Source of the DNA: Rhabdothermincola salaria
GTDB lineage: Bacteria; Actinomycetota; Acidimicrobiia; Acidimicrobiales; Acidimicrobilacustridaceae
Reading direction: 5' to 3'
Length of the DNA: 64,000 nt
NCBI RefSeq assembly: GCF_021246445.1
Contig: NZ_JAJQXW010000003.1
Location: 310,001 to 374,000, forward strand
Shown: positions 20,616 through 29,334 of the stretch, one piece after another
Position numbering within the stretch: the first letter of the stretch is position 1
Layout: the number at the start of each line of letters is the position of its first letter
Made by a program: the position numbers and the translations under genes
The notes under the pieces: model-generated
The model's input: only the letters and a program-made list of their open reading frames with translations
What the model was told of the DNA's origin: nothing
The model's database searches: none

Positions 20616-20648
20616 CGCCGATCGTCCCCGGAGCCGTCTCCCACCGCC

Positions 20649-21737
20649 ATGGCTGTCTGCGCCTTCGTCTCGTTCCGCCTCGGCGGGCACGACGGCGTGT
20701 CGGTGGTGGCCGCCACCTGGATCGACGCCGTGCGCCGCCTCGGCTTCGATGTCCGCACGGTGGCCGGCGACGGTCCGGTGGACACGCTGATCCCGGGCTT
20801 GGCGATCGGGGCCTTCCCCGATGGGCGGGCCGGAATCGAGGGGCCCGGGGCGGCCGACGAGCCCGCGATCGACGCGCTGGCCGCCCGGGTCCGCGACGCC
20901 CTGGCCGGCGTCGACGTGGTGGTGGTGGAGAACCTGGGCACGATCCCGATGAACCTACCGGCCGCCCGGGCCGTGGCCCGCGCCCTCGCCGGGCGTCCCG
21001 CGGTGTTCCACCACCACGACCCGGCCTGGCAGCGCGACCGCTACGCCGACGTCGACGAGCTGCCCCGCGACGACCCGGCGTGGCGCCACGTGACCATCAA
21101 CGACCTCACCCGCCACCAGCTGGCCGACCGGGGCATCGAGGCCGTGACCATCCGCAACGGCTTCGACGTGCACGCGCCCACCGCCGACCGCGACGCGGCC
21201 CGCCGGGCCCTCGACATGTCCTCCACCGAAAGGGTCCTCGTGCATCCGGTACGGGCCATCGAGCGCAAGGACGTGCCCACCGCCCTGCAGCTGGCCCAGG
21301 CCATCGAGGCCACCTACTGGCTCACCGGGCCGGCCGAGGAGGGCTACGGCCCCACCCTCGAGCGCCTGGTGGCCGACGCCCGGGCGCAGGGACTGACGGT
21401 GCGTCACCACCCCGCGCCGGACCCGGCCACCTTGTACGGCGCCGCCGATGCGGTGGCCTTCCCGTCGCGGTGGGAGGGGTTCGGCAACCCGCCGGTGGAG
21501 GCGGCGATCCATCGACGGCCGGCCGCCGTCTCGCCCTATCCGGTGGCCGAGGAGCTCCGCACGCTCGGCTTCGAGTGGTTCGATCCCGCCGATCCGGCCC
21601 CCCTGGCGGCGTGGCTCGCGAGGCCCGACGCCGCCCTCCTGGATCACAACGAGACGGTGGCGCGGACCCACCTCTCCCTCGAGGCCATGACCGAGCGCCT
21701 GCGGGACCTGTTCGATGAGGCAGGCTGGTTGCCGTGA
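20649..21737 (+). CDS. Glycosyltransferase family 4
   Basis: RLGGHDGVS, HHHD, PVRAIERK, FPSRWEGFGNPPVEA. Confidence 0.85.
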   Translation: MAVCAFVSFRLGGHDGVSVVAATWIDAVRRLGFDVRTVAGDGPVDTLIPGLAIGAFPDGRAGIEGPGAADEPAIDALAARVRDALAGVDVVVVENLGTIPMNLPAARAVARALAGRPAVFHHHDPAWQRDRYADVDELPRDDPAWRHVTINDLTRHQLADRGIEAVTIRNGFDVHAPTADRDAARRALDMSSTERVLVHPVRAIERKDVPTALQLAQAIEATYWLTGPAEEGYGPTLERLVADARAQGLTVRHHPAPDPATLYGAADAVAFPSRWEGFGNPPVEAAIHRRPAAVSPYPVAEELRTLGFEWFDPADPAPLAAWLARPDAALLDHNETVARTHLSLEAMTERLRDLFDEAGWLP

Positions 21738-22036
21738 GCGACGCCCCCGACGATCCCGAGCCCGACCCCCGCCCCCGGGACACGTCGGCCGATCCCGTCC
21801 GGGTGCGGCGAGCCAAGATCCAACGCCTGGCCTCCCTGGGCCAACGCCTCGGGTACCTGCTCTACGCGGTGGCCATGGCCGCGTTCTTCTACGGGTTCTT
21901 CGTCGACTTCAACGGCACGGTCGTCACCGTGATCGTGAGCACCATGGCGGTGGGATCGGCCGCCCTGGCCCCGGCGATCGTGCTGGGCTACGCGGTGAAG
22001 GCCGCCGAGCGCGACGACCTCGAGCACGGCCGCTGA
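21734..22036 (+). CDS. Two-TM hypothetical membrane protein
   Basis: GTGA overlap with the GT4 gene; two hydrophobic helices. Confidence 0.7.
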   Translation: MSDAPDDPEPDPRPRDTSADPVRVRRAKIQRLASLGQRLGYLLYAVAMAAFFYGFFVDFNGTVVTVIVSTMAVGSAALAPAIVLGYAVKAAERDDLEHGR

Positions 22037-22073
22037 CACCGCCAACGGCGCGGCGGCGGTCCGCCGACCTGGT

Positions 22074-22661
22074 TCACTCGGGACGCAGGCCCCGCAGCCC
22101 CGCCCAGGCCAGCTCGGCGACCTGGGCCGCGAGGTGGTCGGCGTCGAGCTGGATCTCCTTGGCCAACCAACGCCGGCAGGTGCTCTCGCCCAGACCCACG
22201 ATGCCGTAGGCGAGCAGGCGTCGACGCTCCTCGGACAGCCCGTCGACGGCGATGAGGTCGGCGATGAGGTCGGCGATCTGGCGTTGGACCTTGCTGGCCT
22301 CGGCCAGGAACTCGGCGTCGCGCCGCACCTCGCCATCGAAGAGCACGGCGAAGCCGTCGCGCTGCTCGTCGACCCAGCGGAACCAGGCCTCGAACCCCCG
22401 CAGGACCTGCTGGTGCGGGCTCGGCGCCCCGATGGTGGCCTCCCGCACCCGCTGGCGGAGCTCGCCGCCGACCTCGCGCAGAACCTCGAGGAAGAGCTCG
22501 CGCTTGGAGCCGAAGTGCTGGTAGAGCACCGGCTTGGTGACCCCTGCGGCATCGGCGATGTCGTTCATGGACGCCTGGTGGTACCCGCGCTCGGCGAAGG
22601 TGGCGAGCGCCGTAGCCAGGAGCTGGTGGCGACGTTCGGCGGCGGGGAGTCGGGCGTTCAT
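22074..22661 (-). CDS. TetR/AcrR regulator resembling mycobacterial FasR (Rv3208)
   Basis: RLPAAERRHQLL...FAERGYHQASMNDIADAAGVTKPVLYQHFGSK. Confidence 0.88.
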   Translation of the reverse strand: MNARLPAAERRHQLLATALATFAERGYHQASMNDIADAAGVTKPVLYQHFGSKRELFLEVLREVGGELRQRVREATIGAPSPHQQVLRGFEAWFRWVDEQRDGFAVLFDGEVRRDAEFLAEASKVQRQIADLIADLIAVDGLSEERRRLLAYGIVGLGESTCRRWLAKEIQLDADHLAAQVAELAWAGLRGLRPE

Positions 22662-22710
22662 CGAGATGACCTCATCGTGGCGACGAGCGTAACGACCCCG
22701 ACGACCCCGT

Positions 22711-22726
22711 CCTACCACCCGGTAAC
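22711..22726. promoter_or_regulatory. Candidate TetR operator TAC-N6-GTA
   Basis: CCTACCACCCGGTAAC; resembles 34674-34689. Confidence 0.45.
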
Positions 22727-22791
22727 AACGCGGTGGCCGCCCGCCCGCCGGACGGCGGCACCGCGCCGTCTCGTGGTCGACGAGACCCTGA

Positions 22792-24564
22792 TCAGGGACG
22801 CGACGCCTGCGCTGCTGGCCTCGGGCTGGCCACGATCGGTCGATCGGTGGGCTCGACCGCAGGGGCCGTGCCGAGCACCCGGTCGGCGACGGCGTCGGCC
22901 GGGCCGGGGGCCGCGAAGTGGAACCCCTGGGCGCGGTCGCAGCCGAGCTCGGCGAGCACGTCCGCCTGCTCGCGGGTCTCGACGCCTTCGGCGACGACGC
23001 CCATGCCGAGGGCGTGGGAGAGCTCGATGATCGAGGCGACGATGGCTCTCTCGGTCGCCCCCGCGGCGAGGCCGTGGACGAAGGACCGGTCGATCTTGAC
23101 GAAGTCGAGGGGGAACATGCGCAGGTACGACAGCGACGAGTAGCCGGTGCCGAAGTCGTCGAGGCCGACCTTGACGCCGGCGGCACGCAGGAACGTCAGA
23201 CCCGTGAGGGCGGAGTTCGACGCCTCCATCAGTATCCGCTCGGTGACCTCGACCTGCAGGACGCCGGGCGGAAGGTGGTGGTCGGCGAGCTGGTCGATCA
23301 CCGACTGGGCGAAGCCGGCGTTGGCCAGGTCTCGGGCCGTGACGTTGAGGGCCACGTCGACGAAGGCCGTGCCGGCGAAGGGCACGCGCCACGCCGCGGC
23401 CTGCTCGACGACCTGCCCGAGCATCCACTCGTCGATGGTGGCCAGGACGCCGGTCTCCTCGGCGACCTCGATGAACGCCTCGGCCGCGATGAGCTCTCCC
23501 GCGTCGTCGTCCCAGACCCGCACGAGCGCTTCGACGGCCACGGTCTCGCCGCTCGCCAGCTCGATGATCGGCTGGTAGGCGACACGGAGGCGGTCCTCGG
23601 CGAGGGCCCGGCGCAGCATGCGCTCGGTGCCGAGGCGGCCGACGGCGCGGGTGCGAAGGTCTTCGTCGAACACGTCGGCTCGGTCGCGGCCGCGGTCCTT
23701 GGCTCGATAGAGGGCGAGGTCGGCCTCCTGGAGGAGCCCTTCGGCGCTGTGGCCCGCGTCGGAGGTCACGGCGACGCCGGCGCTGGCGGTGCAGATGAAC
23801 TGCTCGTCGCCCACCACGAAGGGGGCGCGACCGGCCTCCACGATGCGGGCCCCGAGCGCGACGGCCTCATCGGGGTCGACCACGTCCTCGATGACGACGG
23901 CGAACTCGTCGCCCCCCAGCCGGGCCAGGGTGTCCTGCGGCCGCAGGACCTGCAGCAGCCGTTCGGCCATCTGCGACAGGACGGCGTCACCGATGTGGTG
24001 GCCCAGCGAATCGTTGATCAGCTTGAAGCGGTCGAGGTCGAGGTAGAGGACGGCGACGAGGCTGTCCCCGCGGTCCAGCCGGAGCAGGGCGTGGCGGAGC
24101 CGATCGAGGAAGACGGTGCGGTTGGCCAGACCGGTCAGCGGGTCCGATGCCGCCTGGCGGCGCAGGTCGAGCTCGGACTGCCGGCGCTCGGCGACGTCTC
24201 GCACCGCCGACACCACCAGGCGTTCGCCGCCCGCCTCGATCGACCGAGAGCGGGATTCGATCCATCGATAGGAGCCGTCGGCGCACCGGAACCGGTAGGT
24301 GGTGGTGATGGTCTCGCCGTCGCGCCAGGCCTCGCCGTGGGCCTCTTCGATGAGCCGGCAGTCGTCCGGGTGGGTGAAGGAGATGAGGGGGCGGCCCAAC
24401 AGCTCGGGGGCCGTCCACCCGAACGGCTCGAGCCCCGCCGAGGACACCAACCGGTACACGCCGTCGACGCCGGTGACGGTCTGCAGATCGGGCGAGCCGT
24501 CGACGACCACGCCGGGCAACGCAGCATCGACGGTGGTACCACCGGCAGTCGTCGTCGCAGCCAT
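22792..24564 (-). CDS. PAS-GGDEF-EAL bifunctional diguanylate cyclase/phosphodiesterase
   Basis: HPDD PAS, DPLTGLANR, LGGDEF, EALVR, DDFGTGYSSLSYL. Confidence 0.93.
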   Translation of the reverse strand: MAATTTAGGTTVDAALPGVVVDGSPDLQTVTGVDGVYRLVSSAGLEPFGWTAPELLGRPLISFTHPDDCRLIEEAHGEAWRDGETITTTYRFRCADGSYRWIESRSRSIEAGGERLVVSAVRDVAERRQSELDLRRQAASDPLTGLANRTVFLDRLRHALLRLDRGDSLVAVLYLDLDRFKLINDSLGHHIGDAVLSQMAERLLQVLRPQDTLARLGGDEFAVVIEDVVDPDEAVALGARIVEAGRAPFVVGDEQFICTASAGVAVTSDAGHSAEGLLQEADLALYRAKDRGRDRADVFDEDLRTRAVGRLGTERMLRRALAEDRLRVAYQPIIELASGETVAVEALVRVWDDDAGELIAAEAFIEVAEETGVLATIDEWMLGQVVEQAAAWRVPFAGTAFVDVALNVTARDLANAGFAQSVIDQLADHHLPPGVLQVEVTERILMEASNSALTGLTFLRAAGVKVGLDDFGTGYSSLSYLRMFPLDFVKIDRSFVHGLAAGATERAIVASIIELSHALGMGVVAEGVETREQADVLAELGCDRAQGFHFAAPGPADAVADRVLGTAPAVEPTDRPIVASPRPAAQASRP

Positions 24565-24822
24565 GTCGCTCCCCGTGAGGCTGAGCGCTACCGAGGTCCG
24601 GAGCAACGCGGCTGTCGTGTCGTCCGCATCGGCGAGGCGAGCGGCTCGTGTGGTGATCCTACCGTGCCGCCCGGCCCGGCGGAAGGGGCCGGGCAGGGTG
24701 TACGGTGACAACGGCACGACAACACAGCCCAGACGTGCCGGACCAGCACCACGCTGGTTCGGGAGCGGTGCTCCGGACCCTGGTAGCGCACGTTGCTCGC
24801 AACGACCGGAACCAGGACACCC

Positions 24823-25353
24823 ATGCGTACCCACGAAGAGCCCTCAGCGTCGGTGTGCCGACGCGGGTCCCCCGATCCAGGTAGCGATCCCCTCCGCACC
24901 GTGGTCTGGCTCCGCGGCGACCACCACCTCGGCACCCGAACGCGTCTGTCGGCGGCCATCGCCGAAGCCGCCCGGGCCGACGACGCCGACCTCGTCGTCG
25001 ACCTCAGCGGCGTGACCTTCATGGACGCGTCGACCATCGGCGCCCTCGTCGTCGCCCGACACCACCTCCGAGCTCGCTCCCGATCGCTGTGCGTCCGGGC
25101 CCCGTCACCGCTCGCCCGGCGACTCCTCGACGCGTGCGGGCTGGTCGCCCTGATCGACGACGACGCCGAGCCTGCGCACCCGCCCGCGGCCCCCGCCCTG
25201 GGCTCGTGGGTCGACGTGCCCGCATCGGAGCGCTCCGGCGATCCTGCGCCGTCGGCCAGCCGCGGGGCCCCGTCCCCGCGGCCTGCGCTCGTCGAGGTGG
25301 AGCACGGCGCCGACCTGGCCGGGTCGGTCCCGCCCCACCGAGGGCCGCCGTGA
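24823..25353 (+). CDS. STAS-domain (anti-sigma antagonist-like) protein
   Basis: VVWLRGD, LVVDLSGVTFMDASTIGALV, RLLDACGL. Confidence 0.8.
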   Translation: MRTHEEPSASVCRRGSPDPGSDPLRTVVWLRGDHHLGTRTRLSAAIAEAARADDADLVVDLSGVTFMDASTIGALVVARHHLRARSRSLCVRAPSPLARRLLDACGLVALIDDDAEPAHPPAAPALGSWVDVPASERSGDPAPSASRGAPSPRPALVEVEHGADLAGSVPPHRGPP

Positions 25354-26081
25354 CCGAGGACGGCCGCCAGCGCCGGCTGGCCATCCTCGAACGCCTGCTG
25401 CACCCCGGCCCGGGGTTCACGACCGAGCGGCTCTGCCAGGTGTGCGCGGGCGTCACCGGTGTGACCGGGGCCGGGATCATGCTCATGGCGGGCGACATCC
25501 CCCGCGGATCGGTGTGCACCACCGACTCCGTCAGCGGCGTCATCGAACAGCTGCAGTACGACCTCGGCGAAGGTCCCTGCGTCGACGCCTACCACCAGGA
25601 CCGTCCCGTGTACGAGCCCGACCTCGCCCAACCCGACACGCTGCGCTGGCTGGCCTTCACCGGACCGGCCGTCGAGGCCGGCGCCAGGGCCATCTTCGGC
25701 TTCCCCCTCCAGGTCGGCGCCGTCCGTCTCGGTGCGCTCAACCTCTACAACGACCGTTCCGGGTCGCTCACCGACGACCAGCGCCGCGACGCGTTGGTCA
25801 TGGCCGACGTGGCCGCCCAGGCCGTCCTGCTCCTCCAGGCCGAGGCACCCCCCGACACCCTCGCCGCCGAGCTGGAGACCAACGCCAACTTCCAGTACGT
25901 GGTCCACCAGGCGACAGGCATGGTCGCGGCCCAGCTCGAGGTCACGGTCAGCCAAGCCCTGATCCGCCTGCGCGCCTACGCCTTCGGCAACGACCGACCC
26001 CTCACCGATGTCGCCCGCGACGTCGTCGACCGACAGCTGCGCTTCGACGCCGACAGCGGCGAGAAGGACCTCATGCCATGA
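25350..26081 (+). CDS. GAF-ANTAR RNA-binding regulator
   Basis: LQYDLGEGPCVDA GAF; VHQATGMVAAQL...ALIRLRAYA ANTAR. Confidence 0.88.
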   Translation: MTEDGRQRRLAILERLLHPGPGFTTERLCQVCAGVTGVTGAGIMLMAGDIPRGSVCTTDSVSGVIEQLQYDLGEGPCVDAYHQDRPVYEPDLAQPDTLRWLAFTGPAVEAGARAIFGFPLQVGAVRLGALNLYNDRSGSLTDDQRRDALVMADVAAQAVLLLQAEAPPDTLAAELETNANFQYVVHQATGMVAAQLEVTVSQALIRLRAYAFGNDRPLTDVARDVVDRQLRFDADSGEKDLMP

Positions 26082-26203
26082 CCACCCACCATCTCGTGCC
26101 CGCGCCCCCGCCGCCCGGGGACCCTACGATCGAGGACCTCGGGCCCGAGGTCCGAACCGACAGGCCACATCGCCGGTGGTCACCCGACGGGAGCCCCCGA
26201 TGA
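26078..26203 (+). CDS. Putative 41-aa bridging peptide
   Basis: ATGA overlaps at both ends with the flanking ANTAR genes. Confidence 0.35.
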   Translation: MTTHHLVPAPPPPGDPTIEDLGPEVRTDRPHRRWSPDGSPR

Positions 26204-26937
26204 CCAGAGAATCCGTGCTCGCCCAAACCTTCGTCGAGCTGGCCGACACCCTGGTCGACGACTTCGATGTCGTCGACCTCCTCACCCTGCTCGCCGACCG
26301 CTGCGTCGAGGTGCTCGACGTGCAGGCCGCCGGGATCATGTTGGCGGCGCCGGACGGACAGCTTCGCGTCATGGCCTCGTCCAGCGAGGCCATGCGCGTC
26401 CTGGAGCTGTTCGAGATCCAGGCCCAGGAGGGCCCCTGCTACGAGTGCCACCGCACCGGACAAGCCGTCGTGAACCAGGACCTCGACGCCTCGGATGGCC
26501 CGTGGCCGCAGTTCGCCACCGAAGCGCTCGGCGCCGGGTTCCGCTCGGCCCATGCCCTCCCCTTGCGCCTTCGCGGCTCGGTGATCGGCGCGCTGAACCT
26601 CTTCCGGTCCGGCTCCGGGGCGATGGGCCCCGCCGACGTCGACCTCGCCCAGGCGTTCGCCGACGTCGCCACCATCGCCATTCTCCAGCACCGGGCCGCG
26701 CTCGAGGCGCAGGTCCTCGCCCAGCAGCTGACGCACGCCCTGAACAGCCGGGTCATGCTCGAGCAGGCCAAGGGCATGGTCGCCGAGCGGCTCGACCTCG
26801 ACATGGAGCGATCCTTCTTCACCCTTCGCAGCTACGCCCGCAACCACAACCTCCGACTCAGCGACGTCGCCCAGTCCGTCATCGACAGCTCACTCCCACC
26901 GTCGGAGCTGCAGTCACCCCCGGCGACCCGGTCGTGA
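26200..26937 (+). CDS. GAF-ANTAR RNA-binding regulator
   Basis: FVELADTLVDDFDVVDLL, EGPC; ALNSRVMLEQAKGMVAER ANTAR. Confidence 0.9.
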   Translation: MTRESVLAQTFVELADTLVDDFDVVDLLTLLADRCVEVLDVQAAGIMLAAPDGQLRVMASSSEAMRVLELFEIQAQEGPCYECHRTGQAVVNQDLDASDGPWPQFATEALGAGFRSAHALPLRLRGSVIGALNLFRSGSGAMGPADVDLAQAFADVATIAILQHRAALEAQVLAQQLTHALNSRVMLEQAKGMVAERLDLDMERSFFTLRSYARNHNLRLSDVAQSVIDSSLPPSELQSPPATRS

Positions 26938-26948
26938 GTGCCTGACCC

Positions 26949-27995
26949 TCAGGCAGCCGGACGGGTGGCCCGACGACGGCGCTGCCGCCGGATCGACCAC
27001 GTGGCCCCCACGAGCAGGGCCAGCACGGCGCCGGCGCCCAAGAGGACCGCCCACGGCATCGCGTCGTCTGCTTCGGTCACGGGGACCGGGTCCCCGGCGG
27101 CCGAGAAGGTGATCGTCGCCTCTCCGGTCCTCTGAGTCAGCCCGCTCTCGAGGGTGATGACGGCGTCCCAGGGCCCGTCGGGGAGACGCTCGTCGAGCGC
27201 CACCCGCACCGGCTCGCTGCCGTCGATGGCCAGCGTGCGCCCGAGCTCGGCGGGGAACGGCCCGGCAGTGAGGCCGCCCGGACCGTTCGACAGTTGCAGC
27301 GTCCCCGTCATGTCGAGAGCCCGACCGCCGGTGTTGCGCACGATGGCCGCGACCACGGGGGCGCCATCCGCCGAGCGTTCCGCCGTGAGCGCCTCGATCT
27401 CGAAGTCGGCCGCAGGTGGCCCTCCCGGACCCACCGACACGTAGAGGCGGATGCCGACACGGCTCACTTGGACGACGCCGGTGGCGTCGGCCTCGTCGGA
27501 TCGGGCCTCGGCCCAGACGACGCCGTACTGCTCGCCGGGGGCGGCGTCGTCGGGAACGACGATGCGAACCACGGCGATCTCGGTCCCGCCGGCAGGGACG
27601 GTGGCGGCGTCGGCGGTGACCGACGTCCACGAGGCGAGGTCGTTGAGCTCCCTGCCGGGGGCGCCGACGAACGTGCCGTCGTCGATGGTCGCAGCCGCGG
27701 GATAGAGCACGAGCTCCTGGGCGGTGTCCGTCGTGTTGGCCACCTCGACGCGTCGCTCGATGACGGCGCCGGGCGCGAGGTGGTCGACGACGTAGATCCT
27801 GGCCCGAGGGTCGTCCTTGGCCGAGACCGGGGCATCGAGCAGACGCAGGCCGATGCCTCCGGGGTTCTGCTCGTCGGCGGTCGCCGCCGACACCGGTGCG
27901 CCGCCGGCGAGGAGGAGCAACCCCACGGTGAGCGAGACCAGCGCCAGACGGAGGGCGCGGGGTGGGCGAACGTCGTCGGTCGTGGGCGTCCGCAC
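26949..27995 (-). CDS. DUF916-like (WxL-interacting) surface protein with C-terminal membrane anchor
   Basis: Signal peptide; LAPGAVIERRVEVAN, VPDDAAPGEQYG, RVGIRLYVSV; C-terminal TM plus Arg-rich tail. Confidence 0.7.
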   Translation of the reverse strand: MRTPTTDDVRPPRALRLALVSLTVGLLLLAGGAPVSAATADEQNPGGIGLRLLDAPVSAKDDPRARIYVVDHLAPGAVIERRVEVANTTDTAQELVLYPAAATIDDGTFVGAPGRELNDLASWTSVTADAATVPAGGTEIAVVRIVVPDDAAPGEQYGVVWAEARSDEADATGVVQVSRVGIRLYVSVGPGGPPAADFEIEALTAERSADGAPVVAAIVRNTGGRALDMTGTLQLSNGPGGLTAGPFPAELGRTLAIDGSEPVRVALDERLPDGPWDAVITLESGLTQRTGEATITFSAAGDPVPVTEADDAMPWAVLLGAGAVLALLVGATWSIRRQRRRRATRPAA

Positions 27996-28534
27996 TAGAG
28001 CACCGAATGGGTGATGGTGGCGGAATACACGTTGGCGGCCATGCCGCCGGGGACGGCGACGGTGATCGTCGGGTTCCAGGTCGCCGAGTTGTCACCGGTG
28101 ATCCCCGACGCGGTGACCGCCGCACCCACGCCGGTGAGGTCGACCGGGTCGTTGGCCGTGTAGGTGGCGGTGCCGACCTTCGTGATCACTCCTGCGCCGT
28201 AGCTCACCGCCGAGGCCGCGATGGCCGGCCCACTCGGCGGGGTGAACGCCGTCGAGATGACGCTGGCCACCCAGCCCGAGCCGGCGGCGGCACTGCGGGC
28301 ATCGTCGACCTGGACCTGGCCGAGGGGGCCGCTGATGGTGCCGCCCTCGACGGTGTTGGCCCGGGTGCCGAGAGCACCGGCATCAGCAGGGACGGTGATG
28401 ATGAGTGCGCCCCCGGTGACGGTGATGGTCGCGGTGGTGGGCTCCTGGCCAGCGACGGGGCCGACGCCGGTCCCGAGGACGATGACCGCCGTGGCGGCAG
28501 TGGCGGTGGCGGCGAGCAGGCGGGCTCTGGTCAT
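27995..28534 (-). CDS. Secreted WxL-like beta protein (candidate fibre subunit)
   Basis: Signal peptide; VQVDDAR...GWVASV; WNPTITVAVP...YSATITHSVL. Confidence 0.7.
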   Translation of the reverse strand: MTRARLLAATATAATAVIVLGTGVGPVAGQEPTTATITVTGGALIITVPADAGALGTRANTVEGGTISGPLGQVQVDDARSAAAGSGWVASVISTAFTPPSGPAIAASAVSYGAGVITKVGTATYTANDPVDLTGVGAAVTASGITGDNSATWNPTITVAVPGGMAANVYSATITHSVL

Positions 28535-28747
28535 GGTGGGTCGTCCCAGCGTTGGCGATCGGAGAGTTCCGGATCAGCACCTTCCTCCAGGTGATCGGCA
28601 GTTGCGGCCGGCCTCTGGTCACAACGTCCGATCAACATCTCGGCGAACCCACTACAGGAGCCCAACAACGGTTCAGCCCGGTTCCGAGGGGTCCGACACA
28701 GTGCGGACGAGAGTGCCGTCCGGCGCTCCCGAGACAAGGGACACCCC

Positions 28748-29260
28748 ATGAAAACAGCCAAGACCCTGCTGCTCGCCGCCGGCGCCACCGCGCTCGTGCT
28801 GGGCGTCGCGGTGCCGGCCTCCGCCGACGACACCACCACCACGTTCAGCCTCACCGGCGGCAGCCTCACCCTCAGCGTGGCCGCCAGCGCGGCACTCACC
28901 AACCAGGCCTCGGGCGTCGCCGCCAACACCATCACCGGCACCCTCGGTGAGGTCCTGGTCACCGACGCTCGCGGCGGCACCGCCGGCTGGGTCACCTCCG
29001 CAGCGTCGACGACGTTCACCGGCACGGGCCTGTCCGTCTCCACCGGGGTCGCCTACACCAACGCCACCGTCACCACGACCGGCACCAGCACCGTGGCACC
29101 CGCGGACGGGCAGTCGATCACCGCCGTGGCGCCCGTGGCCACCGCCACCGCCGTGTCCGGCAACAACACGGCGGCCTGGAACCCGACGCTCGACGTCAGC
29201 ATGCCCGCCGGCGCACTCGCCGGCGACTACTCGGGCACCGTCACCACCTCGCTCGTCTAG
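28748..29260 (+). CDS. Secreted WxL-like beta protein, paralog (candidate major subunit)
   Basis: Signal peptide with ASA cleavage site; VLVTDARGGTAGWVTS; WNPTLDVSMP...YSGTVTTSLV. Confidence 0.75.
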   Translation: MKTAKTLLLAAGATALVLGVAVPASADDTTTTFSLTGGSLTLSVAASAALTNQASGVAANTITGTLGEVLVTDARGGTAGWVTSAASTTFTGTGLSVSTGVAYTNATVTTTGTSTVAPADGQSITAVAPVATATAVSGNNTAAWNPTLDVSMPAGALAGDYSGTVTTSLV

Positions 29261-29293
29261 GCAAAAGCGAACCACCGGTAGCTCGAACGACGG

Positions 29294-29315
29294 GCCCGCT
29301 GCTTGCGCAGCGGGC
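29294..29315. terminator. Hairpin between convergent genes
   Basis: GCCCGCTGC-TTGC-GCAGCGGGC. Confidence 0.55.
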
Positions 29316-29334
29316 TCTGCCGCGTCGAGGGCGA

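Noticed and set aside
24602..24613. AGC-AACGCG-GCT, a good ANTAR-type A1/G4 hexaloop
   Set aside because: Single hairpin with no partner; antisense to the nearby GGDEF gene and upstream of the likely STAS promoter.
29261..29293. GGCAAAAGC resembling part of a c-di-GMP-I riboswitch
   Set aside because: Lies downstream of a gene and lacks the P1/P2 architecture.
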